Shown here: piece after piece, positions 11,919 through 26,900 of the stretch
How the letters are laid out: the number at the start of each line of letters is the position of its first letter
How positions within the stretch are numbered: position 1 is the stretch's first letter
Source: Bilabrum cf. latius
Taxonomy: Eukaryota
Assembly (NCBI GenBank): GCA_965178125.1
Contig: OZ237737.1
Coordinates: forward strand, 992,001 to 1,056,000
Direction of reading: 5' to 3'
Length of the DNA: 64,000 bases
Program-made: the position numbers and the translations under genes
The notes under the pieces: generated by a model
Told to the model about the DNA's origin: nothing
The model's input: only the letters and a program-made list of their open reading frames with translations
Databases searched by the model: none

Positions 11919-14900
11919 ATGGCAGGCCGTAGTGGCCGTAGTCGAATTCCTATGGCACCAGGAAGGAGTGCGAGATTAAATTGGATGGGATCAAGAGTCG
12001 CAGATGTCCTCGGAGACAAGGTGACGGGTGATGAAGCCGCTCAAGCTCTTAGCGAGGACGGCAGAGCAGCCGCACTTCTGGCTGCGCAGGATACCAGGCG
12101 GCCTATGAGCAAGTTATTTATATACTATCAGCCAGAGCAGTCGTCAACCGAGGAGGTGAGAGGGTTTGTCTCGCATGCCGTGTAGCGATACTGCTTGTTT
12201 TTGACCGTTTGCCGAATCTGCTGCTGCCTTTATGGAATCTGAGCATCGGTCTTGGCACGCCTATCCACACCCGTGCTTAATTTTGATGTGATCCCAAACA
12301 ACGCGCCCCTCTCTTGCCATGTGCGATGGAGTTCACGGGACTAGCGATCTGAACCACAAACCCCATTGCGCGCAGTCAAAAGCATCGTCGGATGACGCCC
12401 GACTGCTCATCACCGACGGACAAGACGAACCGCTCGTTGGAAAGGGTGTGTATTTCATCCGTGTGTGCGATCCCTCGAAGCAGATCAATACGGACAAGGT
12501 GAGTGACCTGCCGAGCACCCGACTTGAGTGACCGAGTATCCTTGTGCACCTGTGGTTGAACCTGGGTTCCTGCCTCTCATTTACCGTGTCCGATCGCTGT
12601 GCACCTTCCATTCTCACACAGGAATCGGATGGTGACCTCCTGTCTGGAGAGCTGGATGCCAGCTTGTTGGGTTTGCTGGAGGCTCAGCTCACTCGCGTGT
12701 ACGAGCCGATGCTGCGCGACAAGGCGGATTGGGGACTGGCGGATGACGAGGTGGCATCAACATTCCGTGAAGAGGTGGCAAAGTTTGCTGAAGACGTAGG
12801 CGAGGCTCGCCGGAGCATTGCCTCCGGCGTTCGACTGAAGCAGCCGAGAGACGACATTGATTGGGAGGCTGTTCGCCGCAATCCCCAGCGAGTCGCCAAG
12901 CGTGACCCAGAGCTCGTCCGAGAGTTAGAAACCTTGATGGAGTCGTGGTGCGACGACATCGCGGGACACTTGGAGGACGACAAGATGGCACGTGACGCGG
13001 TGCAAGACGAGCACGGGCCCCGCGGCATGATCGAGCTCTGGCGGGCACGGATGCAGGAGCTCACCTCCATCACGGAGCAGCTCAAGTCCAGGCCGTTCAT
13101 GGCGGTGACGTCGTTTATGACCGAGCTCGTGCAAACATCGGCCTCGTCCGCGGCGCAGGCGTCCTCGTCGGACCACGTGAGGAGTAGCGCATTCGAGCTG
13201 CTCCGCAGGTGGAAGGCTCTGGATGTCGCCATCACTGAGGCGGCCAACGAGGCCAAGGATAACGTTAAGTACCTAAACACGCTGGACAAGTTCATCGAGC
13301 CGCTGTACGCGCAGTCGCCCCCGCAGATCGTGGATGCACTGCCCGCACTGCTGAACTCGATCAAGATGGTGTACACGATCAGCAGGTACCTGTGCTCGGA
13401 CGGTAACAACCACAGGATGATCGATCTCCTGCAGCGGATCGTCGAAAAGATGATCAGGAGGTGCATCGTGCACGTGCTCTTGGCCGGAGAAGACGCTGCA
13501 GACCCCGCCACACCCGAAGAGATGGGTGCTGCAGAGGCAATGGCAGGCAAGGGTGGCGCTGCGTCAGGGGCTGGATCCTCTGAGAGTAAGACAGCAGGGG
13601 ACGGTGCCGGTGCAAGCGCCGCCGTGGAGGTCAAGTCCAGCTACGGGCTCATGTCAGAAGACGCCCTGCTGGACAGCAAGAGCGCTCAGTACGACCTGTG
13701 GTTCAAGCAGCCGCAGGCTCTCCTCCGTCGGCTGAGGCACACGCTCCGGCTCAACGACGCGTTTCAGACGTCTTACCGGCTCATCCGAGAAGCTCTCGAG
13801 GCGACTGATTCGTCCAGGAAGTTTGACTGGCCAGACCGCGTGGTGTTTGGCAGATTTGACCTCTTCTGCAGGCGAGCCATCAAGCTGATCGACCTGTTCA
13901 GCACGTGCGAGCAGATGCGGCTGCTCAAGGAGCACAAGATCGAGGGCATGGAGCCCATCACGGAGGCGTTCGATGCTTTGATCGATGAGATGAGGAGGAA
14001 GAACAAGTACGAGCTGCTGCGGTTCACCTCCAATGCCTTCGACAGGGACTTTGTCGAGTTTAACGTGCGCGTGACCGCGCTGGAGGGGCAGCTGCAGCGC
14101 TTTATCGATGAGTCTTTCAGGGATGCGGCCGATGTCATGTCCTCTTTGCAGCTACTGCGGAAATTTGAGGCCGTCCTGCAGCGAGAGTCGCTTCGCCGAG
14201 ACTTGGCATCGAAATTCAGCCTGATTTTCCAGACGTTCGGTGAAGAGCTTGAGATGGTGCGCGACCTGTACGACACCCACAGGCACAGCCCCCCGGTAGC
14301 AAGGAACGCGCCTCCAGTTGCGGGTAACATTGCTTGGGCGAGGCATCTCCTGCAAAGGATTGAAGCTCCCATGCGTGCCTTTGAGGCCAACCAGGCCGTG
14401 CTTGCCACGAAGCCAGCGAAGCGAATCGTCGGCCTCTACAACCGCGTGGCTCGTGTGCTGGTCAGCTACGAGTACCTCTGGTATCAGGCGTGGACTGAGA
14501 GCATCCCCAAGGCCAAGGCTGGTCTGCAGGCCACCCTGATCATCAGGCATCCTGCCGACAAGCGTCTGTACGTGAATCTGGACCAGCAGATCCTCCAGCT
14601 GATTCGCGAGGCAAAGGTCATGGATCGCATGGGCATTGAGGTACCGGAGAGCGCTCGGGTTGTGCTCTTGCAGGAGGCCAAGCTCAAGTCCTACTACAAC
14701 TCCTTGTCGCACGTGCTTCGAGAGTACGGGCGGATCACCAAGAGCGTGCCTCCTGTGTGCGCACCGCTCCTGCGTGGTGTGCTCCACGATTTCGAGCTGA
14801 AGCTGCGCCCGGGCATGGTGAGCCTGACCTGGACGTCCTTGAACATCGACTCGTACAAGGCGCACCTTTTGGCCGCCCTTCAGCGCCTGGAGGAGTTGGT

Positions 14901-17900
14901 AGCCTCCGTTGTTGACATTCTCAACAACCGTATCGAGAAGAACCTCAAGCTGATCGCGCTGGCCAAGATGGTTTCGCTGCCCGACGACGACGTAGTTACC
15001 ACGGACGAATTCGTGTCTACGCAGCACGAGACCGCGCGGGAGCAGGCCGAGTTCCTGCGTGGGAAAAATCTGGAGGTAGAGAGTGCTGTGGAGGATCTGT
15101 GCAACCTGGTGCTAAGCTTCCCGCTGGATCCGCACGTCAAGGGCCCCCAGCCGGTAGACGCCGAGAGACTGCGCCTTCACTACTCCCACTTCCTCTACAG
15201 CGCCTTGCTCAACGCGTGCAAGCAGAGCCTGAACGCTCTCAAGAAGAGGGTGGCAGCTCGCGTAGCCCGTGCCAAGACGCACGAGGAAATCGTGAAGCGG
15301 GCCGAGCTGCCGTTCGAGACCGTTGGCGGCCCGGGCACCCCTGCACCGGAGGAGGGCTTCCTGGTGGCAGCAGACAGGGCCCGCAGCTTTGCCGCCAGGC
15401 GAGCTGCCGCCATGGGCGAGGACGATGACGAAGAAAAGGCCAAGAAGAAGAAGGAGAAGGCCAAGCGCAAGCAGAAACAGGCGGCTCAAGGCGGACAGGG
15501 CCTGCCCCGCGAAGCCGCGGCCGCCGCTGCGGTGGCAGCTCTCACGGGAGCTGCCGTGGAGGGCAGCGAGATGGACGACGCACAGGACGGTGCGGCCGGC
15601 GAAGGCGACGGCGAGGTGTTCTAGCAGGGCGCTCCGTTCTTCGAGATCGAGGTGGAGCTGGCGGCCCCTGATGTCCGCCTGAGCCCCAGCCTAGAGTCCG
15701 TGCAGCAGGCCATCAACCGGTGTGCCGTGGCCGTGCTGGGTAGCTCTAAGCGGCTGCGTGACTGGGGCAACTACCCGTCGTCGCAGGTGGCAGCTGAAGA
15801 GGCGGCCAAGCGGGCTGCAGGAGAGGACGATGACGGGATGGGCGTGGCTCTGCCAGGCTCTTCCATTGTCCGAGGACTGTTTGGCACTGTGGGCGGCACC
15901 GCAGTTGAGCGCGGGGAGGTCCTGCCCACCAACGCTGATGGCACCGGCACTGGCGGTCGGACGTTCTACGATCGCATCTCCAGCGATCTGGAGGTGGTCC
16001 GGGTGGTGTTGCTGCTGACTGGGTCTGTACAGTCTCTCCGCGACCAGGTGGATGCATACCTCAGCACATTCCGCCGGTTCAGCTGGATGTGGGAGCGCGA
16101 CATCGACCAGACCTTCAAGGAGTTTGCGTCGACGAAGCCCAACACGAGCGAGTACGAGTAGGAGCTGGGTCGCTTCCTCGCCATCGAAGCCGAGATTGAC
16201 GCTCTGCAGTCAGACTTTAGCATCGGCGCCCTGTCTCTGTCCACACGGCACCTCAAGACGCAGCTGAAGGAGCTGGCCGGACAGTGGCGCAGCAAGTTCT
16301 CGGAGAACCTCCACAGGCAGGCTCGCAAGGGGCTCGAGGATCTGACCGAGTACATCCGCAAGGCCAACCAGCGCCTGTCTAGGAACACAGACACGCTCCC
16401 TGCCCTAGCCGAGTGCATGCAGACTCTAAGGGACGTGCGCACCATGGAGGCCAACATCGATGCGGAGACTGCCCCGGTGCTTGACATGTATGCCATGCTG
16501 GAGAGGTACCACGCCTCGAGCTTTATGGACAAGGACGAGCTGGACCAGCAGACGCGCCTCATGCCCGAGTGGAAGAAGCTCGTGGAGCTGGCCGACACAA
16601 AGACCGCCGAGGTGCAGGAGGGCCAGAGCAGGCACCGCGTGAAGCTGTTGCACGATGTGCGCGCCATGCGCGAAGACGTGCGGGCCTTCAGGCAGGGCTT
16701 CCTGCAGAAGGGTCCCATGCGGGACGACGTGTCGCCGGACGAGGCCCTTGATCTTCTGCGTCGCTACAGCGACGAGTTTGAGATCATCTGGACGAAGAAG
16801 GAGCTGTACCAATCCGGCGAGAGGCTGTTTGCCTTGCCCGTGACTGAGTACCCCGAGCTCGATCGCACGAAGAAAGAGCTGAGCCTGCTGAACAAGCTCT
16901 ACGGTCTGTACCGTGACGTCAAGGCCAAGAAGGAGGAGTGGTCCACTATTCTGTGGTCTGATGTGGTGCAGCAGGTTGAGCAGATGGCCGCTGACATGCA
17001 GAACTTCGCGGATCGCGTTCGCAAGCTGCCTGGCAAGCTGCGGACGTGGGCTGCCTACGGTGTGCTGGAGAAGGACATCCTTGATTATCAGGGCGTCCTG
17101 CCCTTGCTCACAGAGCTGTCAAAGCCCTGCATGCGCGAGCGCCACTGGAAGGAGATCGAGGAGCTCACAGGAGGCGAGGAGCTGCCCGTGAATGACTCGA
17201 ACTTCACCTTGCAGCAGCTGATGTCTCGCGATCTGGCAAAGTACCAGGAGGACCTGGAGGAGATCTGCGACGCCGCCGCGCGCCAGGAGGTCATCGAGCA
17301 GAAGCTCCATGAGATTGAGGACCGCTGGGCAGAGTATGAACTTCTGTTCAAGCCGTACAAGGAAACTGGCATCCCCATTCTGGCTGGCGTGGCGGTCGTC
17401 ACTGAGGAGCTGGAGGAGGACCAAGGCAACCTACAGACCGTCCTCACGGCCCGGCACATCGGACCTTTCGCTGAGTGGGCCAACTCGCTGCTGAAGCAGC
17501 TGTCTGACACTTCTGACACGCTTGATCTGTGGACCAAGGTGCTCAAGCAGTTCGTCAGTTTGGAGCCCGTGTTCATGAAGGGCGACATCGCGAGGCAGCT
17601 CCCGAAGACTGCCGGCCGCTTCCAGAAGCTCTACAAGGAGATCTCGAGGATGCAGGCAAATGCAGCCGACACTGGCAAGGTTGTGAAAGCTTGTGAGAAC
17701 GAGGCGTTGCGCGCCGCGCTGCCTGTCATGTACCAGGAGCTGGAGGGCTGCAGCAAGAAGCTTGGGCAGTACCTCGAGCAGAAGCGAGCCAAGTTCCCCC
17801 GGTTCTACTTCGTGTCGGACCCAGTCCTCCTGCAGATTCTGTCTCAGGGCAGCGACCCTCACGCGGTGCAGCCTTTCTTCGAGAAGGTCTTCGATGCCGT

Positions 17901-20900
17901 GTCGCACGTCGTGTTCGACAAGAAGGACAGGACGCTGGTCACACAGATTGTGAACGTGCTCAAGGGCAGCCCCGAGGAAATCGACCTCCGGAGGCCGGTC
18001 AAAGCACAGGGCAACATCGAGGACTGGCTGACTCTTCTCCTTGAGGAGATGCAGAAGACGCTCAAGGAGATGTGCGAGGAGTGCGCCAATGATATCGCAG
18101 ATGTTGGCGATGACATTCCGCGCCTGAGGGGCTTCGTCGACAACGCGTGCGGGCAGTACTCCTTGCTCGGTTTGTAGCTCAAGTGGACCACCGACATGGA
18201 GAAGGGCCTCTCTGCCGGTCGCGGCAACCGCGCCACTCCTAGCGGGATGAAAGAGTCTCTGGAGAAGACCATTGCTGTGCGCGAAGAGCTGACCAAGTGG
18301 TGCAGACAGCCACTCGGGACGGTGGCCAACCGCAAGAAGATCGAGACTTTGGTCACCATTCAGGTGCATTAGGTCCAGGTGGCCAACGAGCTGCGGCAGC
18401 TGGCCATCGAGCAGTCCAAGAAGGGTGGGTCAGGTGCCGGACCCCTGAGCACCGGTAGCTTCGACTGGACTAAGCAAGTTCGGTTCTACTGGCGCCCTGA
18501 CGGCCAGGACCGCGTATCGCTGGATGGTCAGCTCGTAGTAGGCTGCACGGACTACCAGACAAACTACTCCTTCGAGTACCTCGGCATCAAGGAGCGCCTG
18601 GTGATCACCCCGCTAACCGACAGGTGCTATATCACGCTGTCTCAGGCGCTCCGAATGAAGTTCGGCGGTGCACCCGCTGGCCCTGCAGGAACCGGAAAGA
18701 CCGAGACTGTGAAGGACTTCGGCCGAACCCTGGGTCTCTACGTTGTGGTAACCAACTGCTCGAGTGAGATGAGCTACAGGGATTGTGCCAAGATTTTCAA
18801 GGGGTTGTCCATGGCTGGTCTTTGGGGCTGCTTCGACGAGTTTAATCGCATCCTTCTGCCAGTGCTGTCGGTGGTCGCACAGCAGCTCTTCGTGCTGCAG
18901 GCCGCTGCCCGTTCCAACCACGAGACCTTCCAGTTCCCCGGTGATCCGCAAGTCATCCCGCTTAACCCGCAAGTAGGCTACTTCATTACAATGAACCCTG
19001 GTTACGCTGGGAGGCAGGAGCTCCCTGAAAACCTCAAGGCACTCTTCCGCGGCGTGGCCATGATGGTGCCCGACCGGCGAATCATCATCGAGGTGAAGCT
19101 CGTATCCGTAGGATACTCGAAGTCGCTGGAGCTTTCCCAGAAGTTCTTCGCTTGCTACAGGCTGTGTGAGGAGCAGCTCAGTCAGCAGAAGCACTACGAT
19201 TTCGGGCTCAGGAACATTCTGTCCGTGTTGCGCACAGCAGGTGCCACCCTTCGCGAGAACCCGCACAAGGGCGAGGCTGAGCTCCTGTACCGGACTCTGC
19301 GCGACATGAACCTCTCCAAGATGGTTAAGGATGATGTGCCGCTGTTTACACAGATGCTTGATGATCTTTTCGTCGGAATTGACAGACCGGAGACGGCCAG
19401 TTACCCCGACGTGGAGCGGGAGATCCAGTTCAAAGCCTGCGAGATGGGCCTGGTGATGCACAAGCCCTGGGCCAGGAAAGTCGTGCAGCTGTACGAGACA
19501 TCGATTGTCAGGCATGGCATCATGCTGTCTGGTCCAACGGGTGGTGGTAAGACGATGATCATTGAAGTGCTCCGCGGCGCGCTTCAACGTAAGGAAGACA
19601 AGAAGCACGTGGTCGTTCGCCTGAATCCCAAGGCCGTGAAGGCAGTAGAGCTGTATGGATAGACGTCCCCCGCAACGGGAGAGTGGGAAGTCGGTATTTT
19701 CTCCAGCATCTGGGAGAAGTACAACCAGCGCGAGTTGCCGCAGATTACGTGGATCACATGCGACGGACCTGTGGACACCATCTGGATTGAGAGTCTGAAC
19801 ACCGTGCTAGACGACAACCGGCTGCTGACGCTAGCCTCGGGTGACCGGTTCCCCATGACGGACAACGTGCTGCTGCTGTTCGAGAACCAGGACCTGCGAA
19901 ACGCCAGTCCCGCCACGGTGTCCCGCGCTGGTATCGTCTTCGTCTCTGCCGAGGACCTGGACTATCACCCCGTGGTGGAATCGTGGGTGCGCAAGCAGCC
20001 TGCCGAGTACCGAGCCTTGCTGCGCCACCTTATTGCGAAGCACGTGGGTGCCCGTAACCCCGGCAACGATCACAAGTCAGAGCCTGGCGAGACGTTCGAA
20101 TTCCGAAGGCAGTTCTGCTCGGAGCGCATCGGGACCTCTCGCGTTGGTGCTGTAAACGGCATGCTATCTCTCATCGACGCTATTTTGAAGGAGGCCACTG
20201 AGACCGGGGCTCTGCCTGGTGTTGGGGGCGATGCGGCGGCGATTGCGAAGCAAAACGGCGACCCGATTGACATCATCAGCGCAGGCGGTGGGGTATACAC
20301 TGGTGAGGGCAGCGGACACCGCAACGAGGCAGACACTGACAAGCTCAGGAAGCTGACCGACAGCATGCCCGAGACGGCCATTCCTCTAGACGACCCCTTC
20401 GAGAAGCCCAGCGACTTCATGACCGGGGCAAACGGTGAGGTCGGCAAGGTGGGAGTGTCGCAAGAGTTCTACGAGGCCATGGAGCGCATCGTGCTCTACA
20501 GCGCTGCGTGGAGTATCGGTGCTGTGCTTGAGCCCGAGGACCGCGCCAGGTTTGATGCGCTGCTGAGGAACAAATCGCCCTCCAACATGCCTGATGCTGG
20601 TGAGGACGGTGGCGTGGAGGAGGGCCACGATGAGGGCGATGTGCCGTCAACCCGCGGCCTCACCGTATTCGAATACGACCTCGACTCGAAGACGGCTGGA
20701 GGCGGCTTGCAGTGGGTCAAGGTACGCCCGCAGGTGTGGGAGTATCCTTCCGCTCAGGATCCTCTTGATTTCAGCAACCTGCTGGTGCCCACCATGGACT
20801 CAACGCGAGCAAGCCGATTGCTCAGCCTGGTCCACGGGAGCCTGCAGCGGCCGACGCTGCTGGTGGGAGGCCCCGGTACTGCCAAGACCTGCTCGGTGCA

Positions 20901-23900
20901 GATGTACGTGCAGAGCCAGTTCGACCCGAACGCGCATATCCTGAAGAAGATCAACTGCTCCAGCGCCACAACGCCGGCCATGCTGCAGCAGCAATTCGAG
21001 TCCGGACTCGAGAAGCACGGTGGCAAGAGCTTCCGGCCCCCAGGCGGCAAGCGCATGACCGTATTCATCGATGACGTGTCTATGCCGGAGATCAATGAGT
21101 GGGGAGACCAGCCCACCAACGAGCTCACAAGGCAGACGCTCGAGGACCACGGCTTCTACTTCCTGGAGAAGGAGCGCCGTGGCGAGATGCGCTTGCTAGA
21201 GGGAATGGCGTTCATCGGTGCGATGATCCACCCCGGCGGCGGCCGCAATGACCTGCCTGCTCGTGTGAAGCGGCATTTCTACATCTTCAACATGGTGCTG
21301 CCGGACCAGCAGTCGCTGGATGATATGTATGGCCAGATGGTACGCGGCCGGTTCACATCGGCTGCTGGCTTCGACGCTCGCGCCCTCGAGACTGCCTCGC
21401 GCCTTACGACCGCCACCATCGACCTTTGGCGTGGCGTCAAGGCCAAGATGCTGCCAACCCCCGCCAAGTTCCATTATGTCTTCAATATCCGCGACCTGTC
21501 ACGCGTGTTCCAAGGGATCCTTCTGACCCCCTACGACGTGCTCTTGAGCGGTGGACAGCAGATGAAGGGCGCATCTCCAGCGACCACCATTGTGCGGCTC
21601 TGGCGACACGAGTGCTCTCGCGTGTTTGCCGACAAGCTTGTTGCCAAGCATGAGAAGTACTGGGTCTCACAAGCCATCGATCGGGTTACGGAAGCGCAGT
21701 TTGGCGCCGCTCTGCTGGAGGAGGCCAAGGACGAGGAGAGTCTCTGGGCGAACTTCTTCCGCGACGACGTCTACGATGAGGACGAGGTGCTCATCGAGGA
21801 GGCACCCAGGATGTACGAGGCTGGTGGGACACTGGAGTCCATCCGGGCTCGTGCCGAGCACTTCATGAACGAGCACAACCGGGAGCATCCGTCTAACCAG
21901 CTGAATCTGGTGCTGTTCGACGACGCCCTCAAGCACCTGCTGCGGATCAGCAGGATCTTGCAGACTCCCCGCGGGTCTGCCCTGCTTGTTGGTGTTGGTG
22001 GAAGCGGCAAGCAATCTCTCACGAGACTTGCTGCTTTCATCAACCGCAGCGAGCTCAGGCAGATCACCCTCATCAAGAACTACGGCGTGAAGGATTTCAA
22101 GGAGGACCTCAGGATCCTGTACGACCTGGCAGGTCACCAGCGCAAGGACGTTACCTTCCTCCTCACGGACGCAGAGATCAAGGATGAGGCATTCCTCGAG
22201 TTCGTGAACATCGCTTTGCTGACCGGTGATATTCCTGCCCTGTTCGCAAAGGACGAGATGATGGCCATCACGGCCGACCTGAGCCAAGCCTTCTCAAAGG
22301 CGTACCCGGGACTGTCCCCTACGGCGGATGCCCTCAAGTCATACTTCATCCAGCTCGTGCGCGACAACCTTCACGTTGTTCTCTGCATGAGTCCGGTTAA
22401 CCCGAAGTTCCCGGAGCGGGCGCGAAAGTTCCCTGGCCTGGTCAGCAGCACCACCATCGATTGGTTCCTGCCCTGGCCCGAAGACGCCCTCCGCAGCGTG
22501 AGCAGGGGCTACCTTGAGGACTTTGAGGTGGAGGTGGACGACCCCGCCGTCAAGGACGAGCTGGTTACCCACGTGGCCCGAGTGCACCAGATGGTCGTGA
22601 AGACTTGCGATCTGTACTGGACCTCGATGCGCAGGCGCGTGTATCAGACCCCCAAGAGTTTCCTCAGTTTCCTGCAGAACTACAAGGACACGTACGTGCT
22701 GAAGCTGGACGAGATCAAGGAGAAGGAAAGCAGGGTAAACCTGGGTCTCAGCAAGCTGATTCACGGTGCCGAAGACGTGGCCACTCTAAAGGAGGTGGTG
22801 AAGAAGGAAAAGGTCAAGGTCGCAAACGCGGAGCGCGAAGTGACCGAGATGCTGGGCTCGCTGGAGGTGTCTTCGGCCGAGGCCGAGAAGGAGGCAGCAG
22901 TCGTGAGCAAGATCAAGGCAGACAGCGAGCACGAGGCGCAGCGCATCCGTGCAGATGAAGAGCAGTGCCAGTCAGATCTGGCGGCTGCGCAGCCCTTCCT
23001 CGACCAGGCCGTGTCGGCTGCCGAGAGCATCAAGCCCAAGGACATCACCGAGATCAAGGCCATGAAGAAGCCCTCCGACATCATCCGCGTGGTGCTTGAC
23101 ACGGTGCTCATCTACCTCAAGCTGCCCATCGACCCCGTGCAGCCAGCCACTCTCAAGATTTCCAAGAAGGATGTCGCCTTCATCCTGCCGTCTTTCGCAC
23201 TCTCCGTGAGCAAGCTGCTGTCGGACGAGGGCTTCCGCGGCAAGCTGACCAACTTCGACAGGAACAACATGTTGGAGGAGACGATCGAGCTGGTGGGGCC
23301 CTACCTGGACTTCCAGTACTTCACCGCGGAAATCGCGGGCAAGGCCTCCAACGCTTGCGAGGGACTTGCCGTGTGGTCGACCGCCATGCGGAGCTTCCAC
23401 CGAGCCAGCAAGATCGTGAAGCCTCGTTTGGAGGCCCTCCAGATCGCCCAGGAGAAGCTCAAGGCCGCCCTTGCTGCGCTTAAGGAGGCTGAGGACCGCT
23501 TCAAGGCCTGTGAAGACCGCCTCGCTGAGCTCAAGGCCAAGTACGACGGAGCCATGGCGGACAAGACCAAGCTGGAGGAGGGTGCCGCGGCTCTCGAGTC
23601 CAAGATGATCAAGGCCGACAAGCTGATCGGCGGGCTGCGCGTGGAGAGGAAGCGCTGGCAGCAGGACTCGTCCAAGTTCGCGGAGCGCAAGCGCAGGCTG
23701 ATCGGCGACTGCGCCGCTGCTTGCATGTTCGTGAGCTACTGCGGTCCATTTAATGCCGAGTTCCGCCGGCTGCTGATCCGCGACAGATGCATCCGCGACT
23801 GCCGGAAGCGCGGTATCCCGGTGTCACCGGACATCGATGTGATCACGTTCCTGGTTGATGAGGCGACCGTGGGCGAGTGGAACCTGCAGGGGCTGCCTCA

Positions 23901-26900
23901 GGACCCGCTGTCGAAGGAGAACGGCATCCTTGTGACTCGATCGTCGCGCAGACCCCTACTTATCGACCCGCAGGGACAGGCCCTGGTGTGGATCAAGAAC
24001 AGGGAGGAGAAGAACCTGCCCAGGCACGGTACCACCACTCTCACTCACAAGGACCTGAAGGACCAGCTTACGCTTGCCCTGGAGGAGGGTCTTTCTCTGA
24101 TTCTCACTGCTGTCGAAGAGGAGCTCGACCCCATCTTCGACCCCATCCTGGAGAACCGGTTCATCAAGAAGGGACGCAAGACCATGGTGGAGGTGCAGGG
24201 CAAGCTCACGGAGATGCGGGACGATTTCAAGCTCTTCTTCATCACCAGGCTACCCAACCCGCACTTCAGCCCCGAGCTGCAGGCAAAGACCACTGTGGTG
24301 GACTTCACTGTGACCATGCAAGGTCTCGAAGACCAGCTGCTGGGCCGCGTGATCGGCAAGGAACAGCGGGCGCTCGAGGAGCTGTTGCAGGAAGTGCTGG
24401 CTGACGTGAACGAGAACACGAGGTCTCTGCAAGACCTGAACGACCAGCTGCTGACTCGCCTTACCCAAAATGAAGGCAATCTCCTGGATGACGAAAACCT
24501 GCTCAACGTGCTCAACTCCACGAAGTAGAAGGCGGAGGGCGTACAGGAGCAGCTCAGCAAGGCCTCCGAGACTCGTCGCAACATCGACCAGCAGCGCGAG
24601 GTGTATCGGCCCGTGGCCACTCGCGGCTCAGTGCTGTACTTCAGCATTGTGGCCATGTCGGAGGTGAACCCCATGTACCAGACATCTCTGGCGCAGTTCG
24701 TAGTGCTTTTCATGCAGTCGATGGACAAGGCGGATCGCGCCAAGCTTGCCTCCAAGAGGGTGGGCAACATCATCGAAACGATGACGTACATGGTGTACAG
24801 GTACATCAACCGCGGCCTGTTCGAGCAGCACAAGCTGCTGTTTGTATTCACCGTGGCCCTCAAGATCCTCGTGCGGGCGAGGAAGCTCTCCCAGGAGGAC
24901 ATTGCCCTTTTCCTACGTGGCGGTGCCGCCCTCGATATGCAGACCGTGTCTAGGCGAATGCCCTCGTGGATCAAGGACCCCAGCCACTGGCTGAATGCGG
25001 TCGCCCTGGCCGAGGGCTCTGCTCAGTCGAGCGGATTCTTCCGCGCTTTAATCGACTACGTCTATCGCAATGAGGCCTCGTGGCAGCTGTGGTACGAGTC
25101 GGAGGCGCCTGAGAGCGATGCCCCGACCCAGCAGGCACCTCCGCCAGGCGCTGCTGCCGGTGGTGCCGCTGGCGGGGGTCGCCGGGGCCGAGGTGGTGGC
25201 GCCGCAGCTGCCTAGGCCGCAGCCTCTGCCATGGTATCAAGCAACCGTATCCCCGACTACGAGGACTAGATCCGGGAAAACACTGACATGGGTAGCTTCC
25301 TGAGGATGGTGCTCGTGCGTTCGCTGCGTCCCGACCGCACGATGTTGGCCGTTCGCCGCTTCGTCCGCGACACCAAGGAGCTGGGCGAAAAGTATGTCGA
25401 GCCCGTCACAGACACGATCGAGCAGATCTACACGTCTATGGACAACCAGGCTCCTGTCATCTTCCTGCTGTCGGAGGGTGCCGACCCAACCGAGAGCATC
25501 AAGCAGCTGGCCCACCGCAAGAAGAACACGATCGAGGCCATCTCGCTGGGCCAGGGTCAGGAGCCTGTGGCACAGCGCGCGCTGCAAGCCGCAGTGGTCA
25601 ACGGCACCTGGGTACTCCTGCAGAACTGCGAGCTCGGGCTGGGCCTCATGGACACCCTCGAGGAGTGGATCCTCAGCGTGCGGGAGTCTGCCCACGAGGA
25701 CTTCAGGTTCTTCATCACCGCTCAGCCCGACCCCAAGTTCCCGCTGGGTCTGCTGCAGCTGTCCATCAAGGTCACGAACATGCCCCCCACTGGCCTGCGC
25801 GCTGGTCTGCTCCGTTCGTTCACTGTTACGGTGGACCAAGATAGGCTCGAGCGGATCGACGGCAACGAGTGGCCGAGGTTGCTGATGGCTCTGTGCTTCC
25901 TCCATTCGATTGTGCAAGAGCGAAGGAAGTTCGGCGCGCTGGGCTGGTGCAAGCCCTACGAGTACAACTCGGGCGACCTGGATGCGTCCATCCGGTTCCT
26001 GGAGAGGCACATGTACGCCTCTACGCAGCTCCAGTGGCCCGAGATCCAGTACCAGGTGGCCGAGGTGCAGTACGGTGGCAAGATCACGGACGACATGGAT
26101 CGGAGGCTGTTCAACACCTTCACGCGCGGATGGATTGACAAGAAGACGCTCGAGTCGGGCTTCACCTTCTCCCCTGCCAACCCGATCCAGCCTATTCTGG
26201 ATGCGAATGGGCAGCCGTTCCGCCCCTCTGCCGTGCTGGAGAAGGACGTGGAGGGCTACAGGAAATACGCCCAGGCATTCCCCGACATCGACTCTCCGGA
26301 GCTCTTCGGCCTGCACCCCAACGCCGATCTGACGTTCCGAAACAAGGAGTCGCGCGAGTTCTTGGGGTCGATGGCTCTGACCCAGCCCAGGCAGGTGGGC
26401 GGTGACGACGCCGCTGCGCAGGCTGACGACGACGAAGGAGACGCCCCTGAGGATGACGGCACACAGGGACCGCAGCTCTCCGCGTTTGAGAAGAGGGTGC
26501 AGCAGGAGTCAAAGACGCAGTTGCAGCGGCTGCCTCCTTCGTACGACCTCGAGGACGTCCGCCTGCGGCTGTCAGGCGGCGCCCGCGGGCCGACTCCCTT
26601 GCAGACGTTCCTGCGCCAGGAGATCGAAATGTTCAACAAAGTGATCGTGAGGGTGCGCGACACTCTGCAGAACGTCCTGGCGGCCATCAAGGGCGAGGTC
26701 GTGCTTACTACTGAGCTACAGCAAGCGATGGACGCGATCTTCAACGCCGCGGTGCCTCGATCGTGGCTGTACACGCCGGGTGGGGACGAGTTCTCGTGGC
26801 TGCTGTCCAAGCTTGGCGGGTGGATGGGCTCGCTCGTCGACCGCGACAACCAGCTGCGGACGTGGCTCATGGATAAAGAGCCTGCTGCCTACTGGCTCAC

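Noticed and set aside
18170-18380. Tiny introns removing each TAG
   Set aside because: There is no consistent GT donor upstream of the TAGs, and conserved motif spacing is kept only if TAG is read as one residue.
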